Below are positions 1-13,399 of a stretch of DNA of 64,000 nucleotides, in pieces (position 1 is the stretch's first letter; each line of letters opens with the position of its first letter). This DNA comes from Microbotryum violaceum. Taxonomy: Eukaryota. The position numbers and the translations under genes were made by a program. Location: contig CDLV01000013.1 in assembly GCA_001244265.2 (NCBI GenBank), forward strand, positions 124,001 through 188,000, read 5' to 3'. The notes beneath the pieces are model-generated. The model had not been told where the DNA came from. It ran no database searches and worked only from the letters and a program-made list of their open reading frames with translations.

Positions 1-590
1 TACCCGTCGCACCTGGAAGTGGACCTAGGCATTTACTCTTCGCAGGGGACGGGACTTTATCGGACCCTACGCTCGTGTACCTCGTGAACGAACTTTCAAG
101 TACGCTACTCATCGCTCGACTCGATTACCCCGTTGAATCTTCCCCACATCTCACCTGGACGATCTTACAAACGATCTCGATCTTACCTTCAACTCAACCA
201 ACTTTACATTGGTTAGGTGGTGAACTGGTCCTTTCCCCCGATCGACGACACCTCTTCATCTCCAATCGATCACCCAAGCAAACCCCCGCTCTCGAAGGCC
301 ACGACCTCCTATCCATCTTTGACCTCGATCTCGCGACGGGCAAGACGACCTCCACCGAACCGACCTTCTTCCCCCTTCCCGGCTTACATCCCCGACACAT
401 GTCCCTCAGTCCGGAAGGTGATTATTTGGCTGTGGCTTTACAGCATTCGAATAAGGTTGTCGTTTATAAGCGGGTAGGAGCGCAATTGGAATTGGTGAGA
501 GAGGTGGAGGTGCAGAAGCCGACTTGTGTGATTTGGAATAAGGCAGGTTTGGAGAAGGTGGGAAAGGTCGTTCAGAGTTTATTTGAGTGA
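1..590 (+). CDS. Lactonase, 7-bladed beta-propeller (6-phosphogluconolactonase / carboxymuconate cyclase family), 3' part
   Basis: Frame is open from the window edge: PVAPGSGPRHLLF...VYLVNELSST...LSPDRRHLFISNR...HPRHMSLSPEGDYLAVALQHSNKVVVY...PTCVIW. The GPRH, NEL, SNR and PRH motifs are typical of this family. Confidence 0.85.
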   Translation, partial: PVAPGSGPRHLLFAGDGTLSDPTLVYLVNELSSTLLIARLDYPVESSPHLTWTILQTISILPSTQPTLHWLGGELVLSPDRRHLFISNRSPKQTPALEGHDLLSIFDLDLATGKTTSTEPTFFPLPGLHPRHMSLSPEGDYLAVALQHSNKVVVYKRVGAQLELVREVEVQKPTCVIWNKAGLEKVGKVVQSLFE

Positions 591-644
591 GGGAGGGGTA
601 GGAGTGGGAAGGGAGGAAAGAAATAGAGTTTGCCTCATTACTGT

Positions 645-728
645 TCAGCACCATATACCTCGTTTCAAAAAAAAAAAAAGACCCCGATCAGCACCATATA
701 CCTCGTTTCGAGAAAAAAAGACCCCGAT
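645..728. repeat. ~43-bp tandem duplication with poly-A tract between convergent genes
   Basis: TCAGCACCATATACCTCGTTTC-(A-rich)-GACCCCGA occurs twice in tandem. Confidence 0.85.
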
Positions 729-832
729 TCAAGAGTCTGAAATGAGACAAGTCATTACACGCGCCCACGACCCACGAGTCATAGGATCTAAAAAAATCTA
801 CACCCCTTCACCCTCAGCTGCCGTGAAACCAT

Positions 833-2299
833 TCACTGCGACGCCTTGCCAAACTTGCCCGCGGCCTCATCGAACGCGTCGCTCTTGTTCTCCAACTCGA
901 CCACAAAAGGGTGCGTAGGTTCTAAAGCTTGTAAGGAACTGTGGGGGAAAGAAGCGCCGAATACCAAAAGAAGGCGGGGGATGAGCCTTCTTTCTTGGGG
1001 GATCTTTTGAGAGAGGTACGTACGCCAATGCCTTTTCGGCCGTCAACGCTTCGGTATCTTGGGTATTGGGGGTGTAGTACCTCGCGAGAGCGATAAAATT
1101 CGCCAACAAAGTCGGGTGACTCGGGTTCTATCCCATGCGAATTGAGGAACCGAACGCCCGCAAGGGGGAATCAGTTGCCGAAGCGGCGATTGGATACTTT
1201 ACACGTTCGAGAACGTACCATCTCCAATCCCTCCAAGATCGCTTGCACGGCCTCGTCCCACCTGCCCAAACAAGCTTGACTGACCGCCACCCCCGCCAAA
1301 GTACTTTCCCCCCTGCCACCGCGTAAACCCTTGATCTCTTCATAGACGTAGTAAGCTTGCTCGTAGCGTTGTTTAGGACCCAGGGAGAGGTTCGTCCGGG
1401 CGGTAAAGAGTTGAGATTGGAGCGAGTCGGAGGTGAAGGAGGTGGTTTGGGGGGAAGTGAGGAGGGCGAGGGATCTTTGAGGTAGGGAAAGGGATTGGTA
1501 AATGTGTGTGAGGATACCGAGGCTGGGGAATTTTTGCAAACGCGCGTCAGTCGATTTTTTGGATTCTTCGAACGGCGGGGTACTGATCCCAAAAGACGTA
1601 CCACTCCTGATCGGCTCCCAATTGAACGGCCTCGTTCAAAATCTCGACCGCTTCTTCCTTCCTGCCTTCGTCCCCACTCAACCACCAAACCGTGCCGAGC
1701 ACAGCTCGCACGAACCTTCCCTCCTCCCCATCCTCCAAACCCCTTTCGCCCAGTTCGATCTGCACCTCCTCCAATTCCTCGATTGCGCCCTCGTGATCTC
1801 CCGAGAGAAAGTTGGCCAAGGCGGTGAGAGCACGCGTATCGAGCGATCGTCCGAGGGAGGAGAGGAGGGAGAGAGCGGAGGAAGGGGAGGGAGGCGAGAG
1901 GGCGAGGTGGGCACGCGCGGCGTAGAACGTCGGAAGGGTCGACGCGGACGGCAGCTCCGAATAGGCCGAGAGTGCAGAGCGGTAAGAACCTGCACAGGAG
2001 GAGGTCATCGTCAGTGAGCGGTTTACTACGCAGCGGGGAGGCGGACGGTCGACCGCGGAGGGAGCGTGTACGTGGCGCGTCGAGGGGTGGTGCTAAACCA
2101 ACCACGTATGCACGTAGGCACGTAGGCACGTAGGCACGTAGGCACGTAGGCACGTAGGCACGTAGGCACGTATACACGTATCCCACATATGCACGTATTC
2201 GCGGCGCACGTCCGCACCATCTCAGCTTTGTACGTTCGAGCACTGACCGTTCTGGAACAAGGAAATGACATAGTAGTCCGCGTCACTGATCGTGTCCAT
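833..2299 (-). CDS. SEC28: Coatomer subunit epsilon (epsilon-COP), spliced
   Basis: Exons: MDTISDADYYVISLFQNG|SYRSALS...; YEQAYYVYEEI...LAGVAVSQACLGRWDEAVQAILEGLEM; NPSHPTLLANFIAL; C-terminus LEPTHPFVVELENKSDAFDEAAGKF. This fits the TPR pattern and C-terminal HP...FD motif of COPE. Intron 1 (1990-2247) has GT..AG ends. Confidence 0.88.
2110..2173. repeat. (GCACGTAG)7+ octamer microsatellite in intron 1 of the coatomer epsilon gene
   Basis: Seven perfect 8-bp units plus degenerate flanking units. Confidence 0.95.
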
Positions 2300-2793
2300 C
2301 TTGAGCAAACGTAACTTGGCGTGGTGGGTGCGTGGTGTGCAAGGAGGCAAGACGAGAGCATTGCCTCAGCCGCGCGCGTGTGCCGCAGAACATCGAGCAA
2401 GTCCGTCCACGCGCTCGGACCTCTTCCCAGACCGATCTGGCATCCCACAGTATCCCCGCGTCTACTCCCCAGAGCGCCCAGCTGTAACAGCGTGTTCGCG
2501 CGTTCTCTCCCGAGCAAACACCTGGCATCGTATTTTTAATGTTTTCAAGTTTCACTATATCGATCGAGAGACAGTGAGCGCAACCCAACCACAAAAGTGC
2601 TTGTCTAGCCGTTCATTTTGGCGGGAGAGGGTTAAAGGCCAGGGTATGTTTCTAGTTTTTATAGCGAATCGCAAAGAATCAAGCTTGGGGAATGCCGTTG
2701 TCGGTCGTGGTCGAAGGCACGAGCTCGGGCATTTATTGATCCTCGACCGTCGTCGTCTTTGCTGGCGGCGGCGTGGAGGCTTTGGGAGGCGAA

Positions 2794-5700
2794 TCATGGC
2801 CATTCATCTCGGGTCGTGAGGGGTGCACTCGCTTCGATCGGCGGCGCGACGGGCGTGTCAAGAAAGGGTGATGGAGCAGCTTCAACGATGGGTGTGGACT
2901 CCTCGTTGGCTGGGACTGATACATCGACGGGCCCTGCTTCGACTCCATTCGTCGTAGGTGGTTGCACGGCTTCGGTCGGCGATGGTGAGGTCGACCCATT
3001 CGCGGGAACCGTGCCATCTCCCATCGCGACCTCAACACCAGGTGGCCCCACAACCTCTCCACCTTCCTCCACCTTCGACACCTTAGTCCCCCTCTTAACC
3101 TCCCCCGCCTCCTTCAGGCCCTGCCTTCCCTCCTTCTCCGTCGTCTCCTCCTTCCTCCTCCTCCTCTCCTCCTCCCTCTTTGTCTCCTCCTCCACCAACA
3201 CCCTCAGTCTCTCCTCATCAACCTCCAACATCAAACTCAACCGCTTGGAAACTCTTCTCCCCCCCTCCCCCTCGGCCCTCCGCTCCTTGATTCTCTTCTC
3301 CAACTCCTTCCTCTCCCTTTCCCTCTTACTCCTCTCCCTCTCTTCATCCTCCATCTTCTTCTCCTCCGCTCGAGCAATCTTCAACGTCTGCGCTTTAATT
3401 TTCGCCTCTTGCCTCTTCTTGTGTTCGCGTTGCGCGAGCTCGTGTTGAATCTTTTGGCGTTCCTTCTCTTCGTTCAAATGGGTGTAGTAGTCGTGGTGAG
3501 CCTTCTCTTCCTGTACTCGAAGACGCGCTGATCGGGCGGAAACGACAGGTGGTGGAGGAGGGGTCGGAAGACGGGGTGGAAGGAGAGGTAAAGTCGTCGT
3601 CGAGGACGCGGCGCTGCGTCCATGAATCGTATCCAACGTGATTTTCGAAGACGAGGCCACCCCCGACCCGTTGTTCCCTCCTCCTCCGAGCCGCTCCTGA
3701 ATGAACTTTTCCTCCTCCTCACGTTGGGCATGCAGGCCATCCAAGACGGTCTGCAGTTCCTGAACGCTCGGTAGACGATCTTTGAGAACTTGTGAAAGTG
3801 ATTTGGTCGGAATCGGTACGGGTTCCGGTTCGAATTCGTCATCGTCTTCATCTTCCTCGTCGGTCGATTCGTCCTCTTCCAACTGCTCTTGCTGCTGTTG
3901 GACCATTCTCCTCGCCCTCGTGCGAAGTGATCTCCTCCCTCCTTCAACCAAAACCTCGTCATCCTCAATTTCCTCAACCTCGAAATAACTCGACGTCTTC
4001 CTCCCCAACACGCTCGATCGCATAGGTCTCTTATTCGGCGTATTCGCCATCCCGGACGTCGTCGTCCGTCGTTTCCTCTTCTTCTTATTCGTCCCCAACG
4101 CAGCGCCCGTCCTGATCTTGGGGGGGATCCGCATCTTGACAGAAGGTTGAACCGGCGCATCCACCAACCACGATTTTACCTTCCCTTCCTCCTCACTCTG
4201 CGCATCCTTCGCTTCAACCTCCTCGACGCGTCTAATAAACTCATTGTACTCCTCAATCGAGCGCGTCAAAGTCCTCCATTCAAACACAGGGTTCGCCGAA
4301 GACGGTCGAGAAGATAGTTTCTCCTCCTCCTCCTCTTCGTCGTCGGACCTTCCACTTCCTCGCGTTGAAGGGAACGCCAATCCGAACAACGTCGCCGACG
4401 TATCCAAAGCGTAAATCATCATTAAGCTTTCCTCCTTCACCTCTACATCATCACCTCCCTCTTCGAACGAAGCGATTGTTCTCGTCGAGGTCGTTCCGAG
4501 TGGTTCGAAAGCTAATGGGTTCAACGCTTCAGGCTCTTCTTGCGTTGGGGCGTCGTCGGCGATATCGGTGGTGGTGGAAGCGTCGTCGATTTCGTCTTCG
4601 GACGAGGAAAAGGATTCGTAATGAACGTCTTTGGGATCGCGCTCACTGCGAGAGGAGGAAGGGGAGTGTAAAGAGTTGTCAGAGGGCTGTGTGAAAGGAT
4701 GGGTGTGTAAGGGAAGGGGGAACTGACTTGTCATAAGCGACTTTGATCTCCCTTCGAACCGCTTTACCATAGGTCAAGAGGTAGTCAATGATGTGTTGAA
4801 TCACGTGCACCTTGGGGCCGAGGTAGATCGAGAGATTTAAGCTATCTGCGGTAAGTCAAGGAGGGATTGGAGTAGAGCTCGACTATACCTTTTCCTCCCA
4901 TTTCAATCTCCAGAAATTGCCTTCATCCTCTCTTCCAATCTTGACTCCGACGCGTCTGTACGCGCCACCCACCAACCGCATATCATCAGACTCTCAACTC
5001 GTAATGTTTCGCTCCATTTTCGCCGCGCCGTACTAACCTCATCAAATTGACCTCCCAGCCTATCCCGCCTTTAAGCGGCCCGGAACCCAATCTGGTATTA
5101 ACGAACCTGACGCACCAAGCGAACCAACCCTTCCTATCCTTGGGATTATAAAATTCTGGAAAGTAACCCATGATATCGTAAAAGCTCTGCATGATCTCGA
5201 TCAAGAGTGCGGACTTGGGTGGGGAAGCGATTTCGTACGATTCGGTCGAAAGTGGACCGGTTGTCGGGTAGGGTGGTGGGGGTAAGTGGTCTAGTTGGGC
5301 TTGGGCGACGAGTTGGTCGTATTCGTATTCGGCTTGGGTGATTTCAGACGGTAACCAGGTCGCACGGTGGATCGTGGACGCTGGTCGGTAGTCGGATTGG
5401 AGCAGACCCGTTTGGGGGTGGCGCCGGAGCGAAGAGGTTGAAGGTGGGGAAGAGGCGAGGAGGGCATCTTCGAAGGACTTGATGTCGAGTAGAAGCGATT
5501 TCTTGTTGGGTGTCGAGGATGGGTACAGGTCCGTGAATTTGACGAGGTAAGCGTAGATGTACTGTTCAACAGACCGGAGCGGGGAGCAACGCGGGATTAG
5601 TCGGTCATCCCACCAAGTTGGGACAGTCACAGATCTCTCGGGAAAACAGAATGCGAGCCTCGATCATCCTTCCCATGCTGAACTGACCGCAACCCTCCAT

Positions 5701-5802
5701 GAATCGGCCGGGGTAGAGGGCGCGACGACCTGACCGAGATTCTGCTCGACGACTTGAGCAGGCGGAGGCGGCATCACCGCGTCCTCGTCTTCACCGTCAC
5801 GT

Positions 5803-5837
<35 letters not shown>

Positions 5838-6020
5838 GTCGTCGTCTTGATCTTCCGGATCGGGTGCTGCTTGATCGTTTCGCATCGGCTTCGTCGACAG
5901 AGCGCGCTCCGAGGTGGAAGTGGAGGTGCACGACTCGCAGCCGGGGCGGTTGCGGGCGATCGGCTTGGGCTTGTTTGACGCGTCCAGCTCGAGCTCGTTC
6001 GGAGCCGCGATCGGGTCCAT
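2794..6020 (-). CDS. DDT/WHIM-domain chromatin protein (ISWI accessory subunit-like), spliced
   Basis: DDT-like WE|..QYIYAYLVKFT..FEDALL. WHIM1-like FWRLKWEEK|VHVIQHIIDYLLTYGKAVRREI across an intron. WHIM2/3-like NPLAFEPLG...YALD...EWRTLTRSIEEYNEF. Long charged coiled-coil C-terminus. Confidence 0.7.
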
Positions 6021-6409
6021 CGTGAAAGGCGCTCGTGGGCTGGCTATCGCGACAGGGAGAAGACCGTGGCAACGCAATCCGCTGGTCAAGCTCCCCCAGA
6101 GATGCTGTCGAGGTCGTTTTACCCCTCGCTCCAAAGTAGGGAGCACACACACACAGTTTGTTCGGAGCGAGTTCTCGGAGCGCGCCCCGCCGTGTTCAGC
6201 CGCGCGCCGATCGGGCGCGCCGATCGGGCTTTGTTTGGGAGTCAGTGGCGACCGCCGCTTCGTTACCAACCGCATCTAAACTGACAATTCGCAACTCATC
6301 ACTCCACCCATAGTCATGCATCGGTAAAATAAAAACTAATCAGACCCCCCCTCAAAAGGGGAAAAACGACCTGAAACTATCCCCCATCTCGAGTGTCCGT
6401 CCGATTCAT

Positions 6410-9400
6410 CTAATCCTCCGTCGTCGGCGCCGCAGGCTTGACGTTTTTAGTACCTGTACTCGTCCGTCTCACGAGCTATTCAAGCAATCATGTCAGTCAA
6501 AAAAGAAAGAAAAAAAAACGACCCAAAAACCAACTCCCCAACAAGCTCACCTTGATGTTCTTATGCGAAGCCGCGATCTTCCCCTCGGCCATCTTTTTCA
6601 AAATCCTAAACTCGCTCCTCCCCGTGGCCCTACAAAGCGCATAGAACCTCGAACTCGGATCCGCCAACAGTTGACTCGGTGAATCGTATTCCAAAATCTT
6701 GCCCGCGTCGAGGAGAAGAATCTTGTGAAAGCCAATGACGGTACGTAGTCGATGGGCGATAACGAGAAGGGTCGAGTCGTTGAATTCTTCCGAGATCGTT
6801 TGCGTAATCAGTTCGTCGGTCTTGTAGTCGACCGAGGCCGTCTAAAAAAAAAACCCCATCAAAGTCAGCTGCCATAACACCACCTTCCTAACGACACCAC
6901 ATCGTATGCGCACTCACCGCCTCATCAAGCAACAAAATCTTATTCCTCTTCAACAACGCCCTCGCCATCGTCAACAACTGCCTCTGACCCTGCGAAAAGT
7001 TCTGACCCCCTTCGGACACCTCGCTCTCCAAATCAAAGAACGGCGATCGATTAGCCCCTTCTTCGACCCTAACCTCTCGTTCACCAGGTTTGATAAGTTG
7101 CACCCTTCTTAACGCATCAAAGATTTCGAGATCGGTAAATTCATCGAACGTATCGAGCGTCGACCTCAACGTTCCCGAAAGGATCGTCGGATCCTGAGGG
7201 ATGATGGTCAATCGTTGACGCAAGTCCTTTAACCCCACTTTGGCGATATCCAAACCATCGACGACGATCCGACCCTTCCACGCTTCCATGAATCGGAACA
7301 TGGCCAACGTGATCGTCGACTTGCCACTTCCCGTAGCCCCGACGATCCCTACCTTCTCCCCCGGTGCGACGGTGAAAGAGATGTTGTGCAACACGTCCGG
7401 AAGTTCGGGCGCGTAACGGATCGCGAGCTTCTCGACCGAGATCTCTCCCTTCGATGGCCAGTGAGCGGGAGGTCGTGGTTCGATAATTTCCGCCGCTTCT
7501 TGCTTGACTTCAGAGTACTCCTTTATACGCTCGACCGAGACCATAGACAATTCGAGCGAAGTGAACCGACGTACGAGGAAGAGCATGTCATTCGCGATAC
7601 TGAGAGCGAACGTGAGCGCGAATCCAGCGAGAGAAGCGTCGATCGTATCCCCCGCTTGAAGGAGCACAACGCCCGTAAGACCGAGGACCAAGGCCGAGAG
7701 CAATTGGAAGCGAACCGAGAGCCATCGGTTGACGGACCACAAGGTCCAGTAGTACGTCACCTGCGTCGATGCGAGCTCGAGCATGATCTCCATGAAGCGC
7801 GACCCGGAGCCGAAAGCACGGATGACAGAAACTCCCGCGACGGCCTCGCCATAAATCGAGTACAGCGGACTCTTGGCGACCGAATCAAGGCGACGCAGTT
7901 CGCGCGCGTTCTTGGCGAACAACCGAGCGTGCCACCAATACGCGATACTGACGATGCCGAACCCGATCAAGAACGTCGGAGCAACGGACGCGATCACGTT
8001 GAGCGTCGTGATCACTCCAAGACCAAACATCAAGGCTCGACCAAAGTTGTCGGGCAATTGACTGTCGACGGCTTCGGTATCCTTACCGAACCTGTTCAAC
8101 AGTCGACCGAGGGCCTGCGTATCGAAGAAGCGCAGAGGCGCGCGCAGGATAGCCTTGAGGATGATGCGATAGATGCGATCACTTGCACGTAGCGATCCAA
8201 CGTAGAGCACGAACCATTGCAACGTCGAGAGGACGACGGCGAACAGCGACAGGAAGCAGTAGATCCCAAGATAGTAGTTGACGCTGTGGTGTCTTCGACC
8301 CGACGTCGCATCGGCTTCAATCTCGTACGACGCACTCCACCGGGCGAGCCACAACGACTGCGCGACATCCGCTAGCTTGGCGCCACCGAAAGCGATGGCG
8401 AACCAGATCCAGAAGAAGACGCCACCCCAAAGGCCGAGGTAAAGCTTCCACACGTCCCACTTGACGGTCCCGATCGCCCTCGACTCCTCCTCGATCAGCT
8501 TCCTCGGCGCGGACTTGACATCCACGGCTTTGCTCTTCGGATCCAGCTTCGTCACTTGCGCCTGGTCTTCTTCTTCCTCGTCGTCCGACTCGGCCTCACT
8601 CGCCGAGCTGTTCGTCTCAGACACGGGCACCGATTCAGCGACGAGGTCGACGAGGACCTTGTTCTTGAACTTGGCGCTTGGCGTCGCATGCTTGGCCAGT
8701 GATTCAACAGTCGGTTCATCGTCGTCCGCGAGCTTGTAGCCACCGAACTCGCGGAAGCCGTCCGCATCACCCGAGAAGGCGACACGGCCATTGTCGAGCG
8801 AGACGACGAAATCAGCCCCGTGCGCGGTCAATTGGACATGGTGCGAGACGAGAAGGATCGTTCGACCTTCCATCAAGGGCCCCTTGAGGCACTTGTGGTA
8901 GATGTGCGAAGCCGTGTGAGCTGCAAACCGGACAAACCAATGGAATCAGCCAATTACGCACTGGCCTCATATACTGAACTTTATATCCAACTTACCGTCC
9001 ACAGCGCTCAACACGTCATCCAAAAGCAAAAGCGTCGCCCTTGAATACACGGCCCTGGCCAAACTGACTCGAGCCTTCTGACCACCCGAAAGGTTCACAC
9101 CCTTCTCCCCGATCTCAGTCAGATCCCCATCGGGAAGAATCGACAAGTCGCTATCGAGCGAGCATGCCTCGAGCGTTCGCTTATACCGACTTGCTCGGAA
9201 GGGGAGACCGAAGCAGATGTTGGCTCGGATCGAGGCGTTCTGCAACCAAGCCGTTTGCGGAACAAAGGCGGTATGATTGGGGTGCAACCAGTTCTCCTCG
9301 GTCAGGAACGTGTCCCAATCGAGCGTAGGCAAGAGGATCGCATTCGCCGGTGATCGAGGGCAGACGACCTGGCCTGCCAAGACGTCACATTCTCCGAGCA

Positions 9401-11885
9401 GTGCAAGCAACATCAACGTTTTGCCCGAGCCGAGGGGACCACTAATGAGTGACATTTTGCCGCGCGGAAATTCGACGGAGACGTCTTGCAACTCGAAAGG
9501 TCGAGCAGCAGGCGTCGACGATCCCGACCCCGAGGGGAAGACGGCGTCGTTCTTCTGGGGCCACGTGACCGTGGCGGAGCGGAAAGCGACATCGGGAGAT
9601 TGGGCCTCGATGGGGGCGTCGAGGTCATCAGTCGTTACGACTTCGACTTCGGGGGTGTCGAGGTAGCGCTGCAGTCGGCGCAACGAGACCAAACACTGGA
9701 TGGCGTTGACGAAAACATCTGGCGCGGCGTTGAGGGCGAAACGCAACTCGTTCCAGACGGCCAGCGAGGCGAAGGCGATCGAGGGCGTCAATTCCTTGCC
9801 GATGATGTTGGTGTAGACGTAGAACGAGACGATGACGCAGAGGATAGGCGAGATGCCCCAAATGCCACTGAAGCTGACTTCGAGCAAGTAGTTGCGGCGC
9901 AGCTGCTTGAGCTCGAACGCGCGAGCTTCCAAGATGCGCTTCTCAAACGGTTCCTCAAAGGCCATGTACTTGATCATGCGGATGCTCTGAAGGACCTCGT
10001 TCATGAGCGACACGCGCTTGTCACGAGCGGCCATGAGCTTGTCTTGCACATCGGCGAACGCGCTCGAAGTCCAGTGGTTGAGAGGAATGAAGAAGACGGC
10101 GACAAGAATGCCGATGAAGGCGGCGTAGTCAAGCAGCTTGTAGAGGAAGACTGTGATTGGTGAAAGCGAGCACAAGTGTCAGAAAAGCAGAACGGCGCGT
10201 TTGTGCGAATGCCAAAGACCAACACTCACAAGTACCAATGATGATCTCCATCGGGGTGTCAATGATGGAGAAGCACCATACGCTGAAGTCGGCGACTCGA
10301 TCGACGTCGATCGTCCACAAATTCAGCACGGCGGACTTGCTACCGAAATCGGTCTTGTCCCCGGTATCCCTGCCTTTCTCCTCGCCTCCCTCCTCTCCCT
10401 CACCGGCCTCGGAAGACGATTGCGCGGCCATGGATACCCCAGCAACGTCTTTGCGCCTCAGGGTCTTGTCGAAAACGAGCGTGTTGAGCTGGACGCGGAT
10501 CCTGGTTGACAGCATCGAGTTGGACACGAACCAGAGTTGACCACCGATGAGGGCGTCCAAGACGGCGGCGGAGAATAGGCCGAGCGAGTAGGTGTAACCC
10601 CACCTCAACGAACCGCCAGGGGTCTGGTTACGGTCTTCCAAGAACTTGACAAAGCGCTGAAGGAAATAAGCGGGGAGGTAATAGATGAAGGCGTTGATGA
10701 AGGCGAGGGTGGCCTGCCAGACAAAGAGATGGCGGTTGACCGAGAGCACGCGGTACAAGAGCGGGTTCATCCACTCGGGACCTCCTTTTCCCGACTTTAC
10801 GCGCATCTTCTCCCAGAGATTGGGTGCGCGATCGTTGGCGGCGAGCGAGGGCATGTCGTCCTCGGAGAGGGTCTCGACCTTGGACCCGACAGCGAGCACG
10901 GGCGAGAGCCATTCAAAGAGCACGTACGAGAGCGGCGAGCACGACTTGAATTCGGTGACGGCCTTGTACTCTGACGATGTGGATGTCGTCTTGGCGTCGT
11001 CGTTGTAAAGCTCCGAGGCCTTGAGGGGTTGCACTTTTCTAGCAAGCGGGGCGCATCGACGGGTATTACCGGTCAGGAGGAACGCGACGAGTTGAAGGAG
11101 CGTGTTGGCGACGAGGATGACCATGATGGGAACGTAGATGGCCTTGGGGAGGTCGTGGGAAGGCACAGGCGAGGTTGTGGCCGGAAGGATGATGCGCACG
11201 GTCGTCGTGAGCAGCGCGGAACCGGTCAGGGTAGCGAGCGTAAAGGTGTAGTCCCAATGGCGGTCAATGTCGGCGTCCGAATTGGAGAGAAAGTACGAGG
11301 CTGATGCGATACAGGCGCACACGGACTGTTGGGCGAAGTGAAATCGAAGGTCAGTGCCCTACGATTTGCCAGTGGAGGGTGATGCCCCCCGTAGCTCCTG
11401 CGGAGCCGAGAGCATGACGTCGTTCGCGTGAAACGTGTCCTTCCTTCCCCGGCAAGAGCTTCGCATCGACTGACCCAAAAGACGATCATGATGGCACTAT
11501 CTATAAGAGATGTGTAGGATGCGCCTCGTAGTGCGTCCCATGCGATCGCAAACACATTGAGCGAAACGAGCAGCAGCAGCACGAGGATGGTCGCGAGCTT
11601 GCGAACCCTCAGTCGGCGGTAGTGGCGCTGCACGTCCATCTCGTAGTCGAAATCGATCTTGGGCGGGTTGATGGCGGGTGCAGTCGCATCGTCTGGAACA
11701 GCATCGTCGTGAGTCGGGAGGACGATCTGGCCCTGCTGGGGAGGCCGGGACAGGACGAGGCATACCGCCGCGACGACCACGAGTACGGCCAGGAGCAGCC
11801 CGGGCAGCAGGTCGAACAGCGCGCGGCGAAGCGGGCTCGAGCTCACACTCGCCGGCTGGATCGACAGCAGCAGGATCGCCAACAT
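6410..11885 (-). CDS. ABCC (MRP/YBT1-like) full-length ABC transporter, spliced
   Basis: TMD-NBD-TMD-NBD. NBD1: GPLGSGKT, LSGGQKARVSLARAVYS, LLLDDVLSAVD. NBD2: GATGSGKST, FSQGQRQLL, ILLLDEA. Linker motifs FFDTQALGRLLNRFGKD and ELRRLDSVAKSPLYS. N-terminal extra TM region. Confidence 0.95.
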
Positions 11886-12593
11886 CGCGTCTTTGGTGTG
11901 TCTCTTTCAAGAGGAAGGCGGTGTGGGGGACGAGAGGAGCTTCGGGCGCCGACTAGTCAGCACTCTTCGCGGACCGCGTGGAACCGACACCCGCACACGT
12001 CGAGTCAAGCTACCGACCACCCCGCACGATCGATCCGAAGCCTGAGAAGGCGACGCTCGAAGCGCCTTCCTTGGTCTCACGACCCCGGGCCTGAGCCCCA
12101 CGATTGGCTGCACCCAGGTCCCAGGATCAAGCATGGCAAAACAGAGATTTGCACGAATTTAAAGACGTTGCTACAAACCAAATAAAATGCAAACTCGCCG
12201 GAGAACTCACTTCAGTCTGGGAGATGAATTTTCGGCACGCTGCCAGGCACTTGACTCCGCGCGCGAAAACCGCACCGGCTATTCTTAGCAACACGAAGGC
12301 TGGCATATGGTGCTTGATTTCAGTGTGCAGGTCGCAGTGGTAGAAAACCAGGAGCGATGCGGAAGGCCACGGTGGCAGGAGTATGTTTTGTTGATTCATG
12401 CAAGGGACCAGGCAATGATTATGCGAATTGAATGGGTACCCTCTGCAGCTGCCAGGGTCCGTGCGCGCAGATTGAAACCGATTCTCTCATTACGTATCTC
12501 GGCCGAGACTAAAAGTAACTCTCAATCGCCGATGAACGCTTTTCGGCTTTTGCTGCAAGAGCTCACTGAGGACTTTTGCGCGCGCGACTTCAA

Positions 12594-12710
12594 CACCCGC
12601 AGCCGTAAGCCGTGCCCGCACGCAGGCCTCCCGCAGTAAGCCGTGCCCGCACGCCTGCCTCGAGCCTAAGCCTTGGCCCGTAAGCCGCACCCGCGCAGGA
12701 ATTTCCCCAA
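12594..12710. repeat. Degenerate tandem repeats (TAAGCCGTGCCCGCACGC core)
   Basis: Two exact 18-bp cores plus two degenerate TAAGCC units; possibly subterminal repeats of a mobile element. Confidence 0.7.
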
Positions 12711-13399
12711 GCACGCTTCCGCAGCACTGGGTCAGTTCCGCACTGCCTGCTGTTGCCGTACCAGTATTCGCTGCGTACCTTTGCCACCTCCTGCCAAGGT
12801 TGGTTGCCGTCCTAGATCTCTTCCTGCCCTCACGCCTTCTGGCTGACAGGTTCCGAGCATCTCACAGGACCTCCCCAGCGATACAAACACGCTGCCTCCC
12901 AGTCTTCTGCCCTGCCAGACTACGACGGACAGCTGCCCACTGCGTACGCCTCTTCTTCTCAACCTTCCTTGTTGGATTGTTGACTGACTGTTCATACCCT
13001 GTATGCAGCCGTTTCTGCCCTACACCTGCCAGTGTAGCCGCACCTTATTTTCCTGAGTACCGAGTCACGCTCCCGGAGCTAAGGTACATCACTCCCCCGC
13101 ATCAGGCTCTACCTTTTGGTACTCCTGCTCAGTGTCCACCCGTGAGACGCGTCCTCGTGTCTTGATTGTTTTGTTATTGTCTGCTGACCCTACTCCTCAT
13201 TCCTCGCTGTTACCGCCGAAGATGCTTCGGTGCAATCGACCAGCAGCCCCGAAATGGGGTCTGTACTGTCGTCCTCAGCGACCGTTCAGACACAACAGCA
13301 CCACATTTCTGCTTCCAGCATCGCGGAAGATGGACGAAGCACGACGCTCGCCTCAAGGCCGACCCCGTCCAACTCGTCCAACTCAATGAGTCATCGAAT

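Noticed and set aside
1128..2243. 371-aa minus-strand ORF and the many long antisense/overlapping ORFs (e.g. 2759+, 7386+, 23102+, 26134+, 42507+)
   Set aside because: Shadow frames of GC-rich real genes or repeats; no motifs, and they cross introns.
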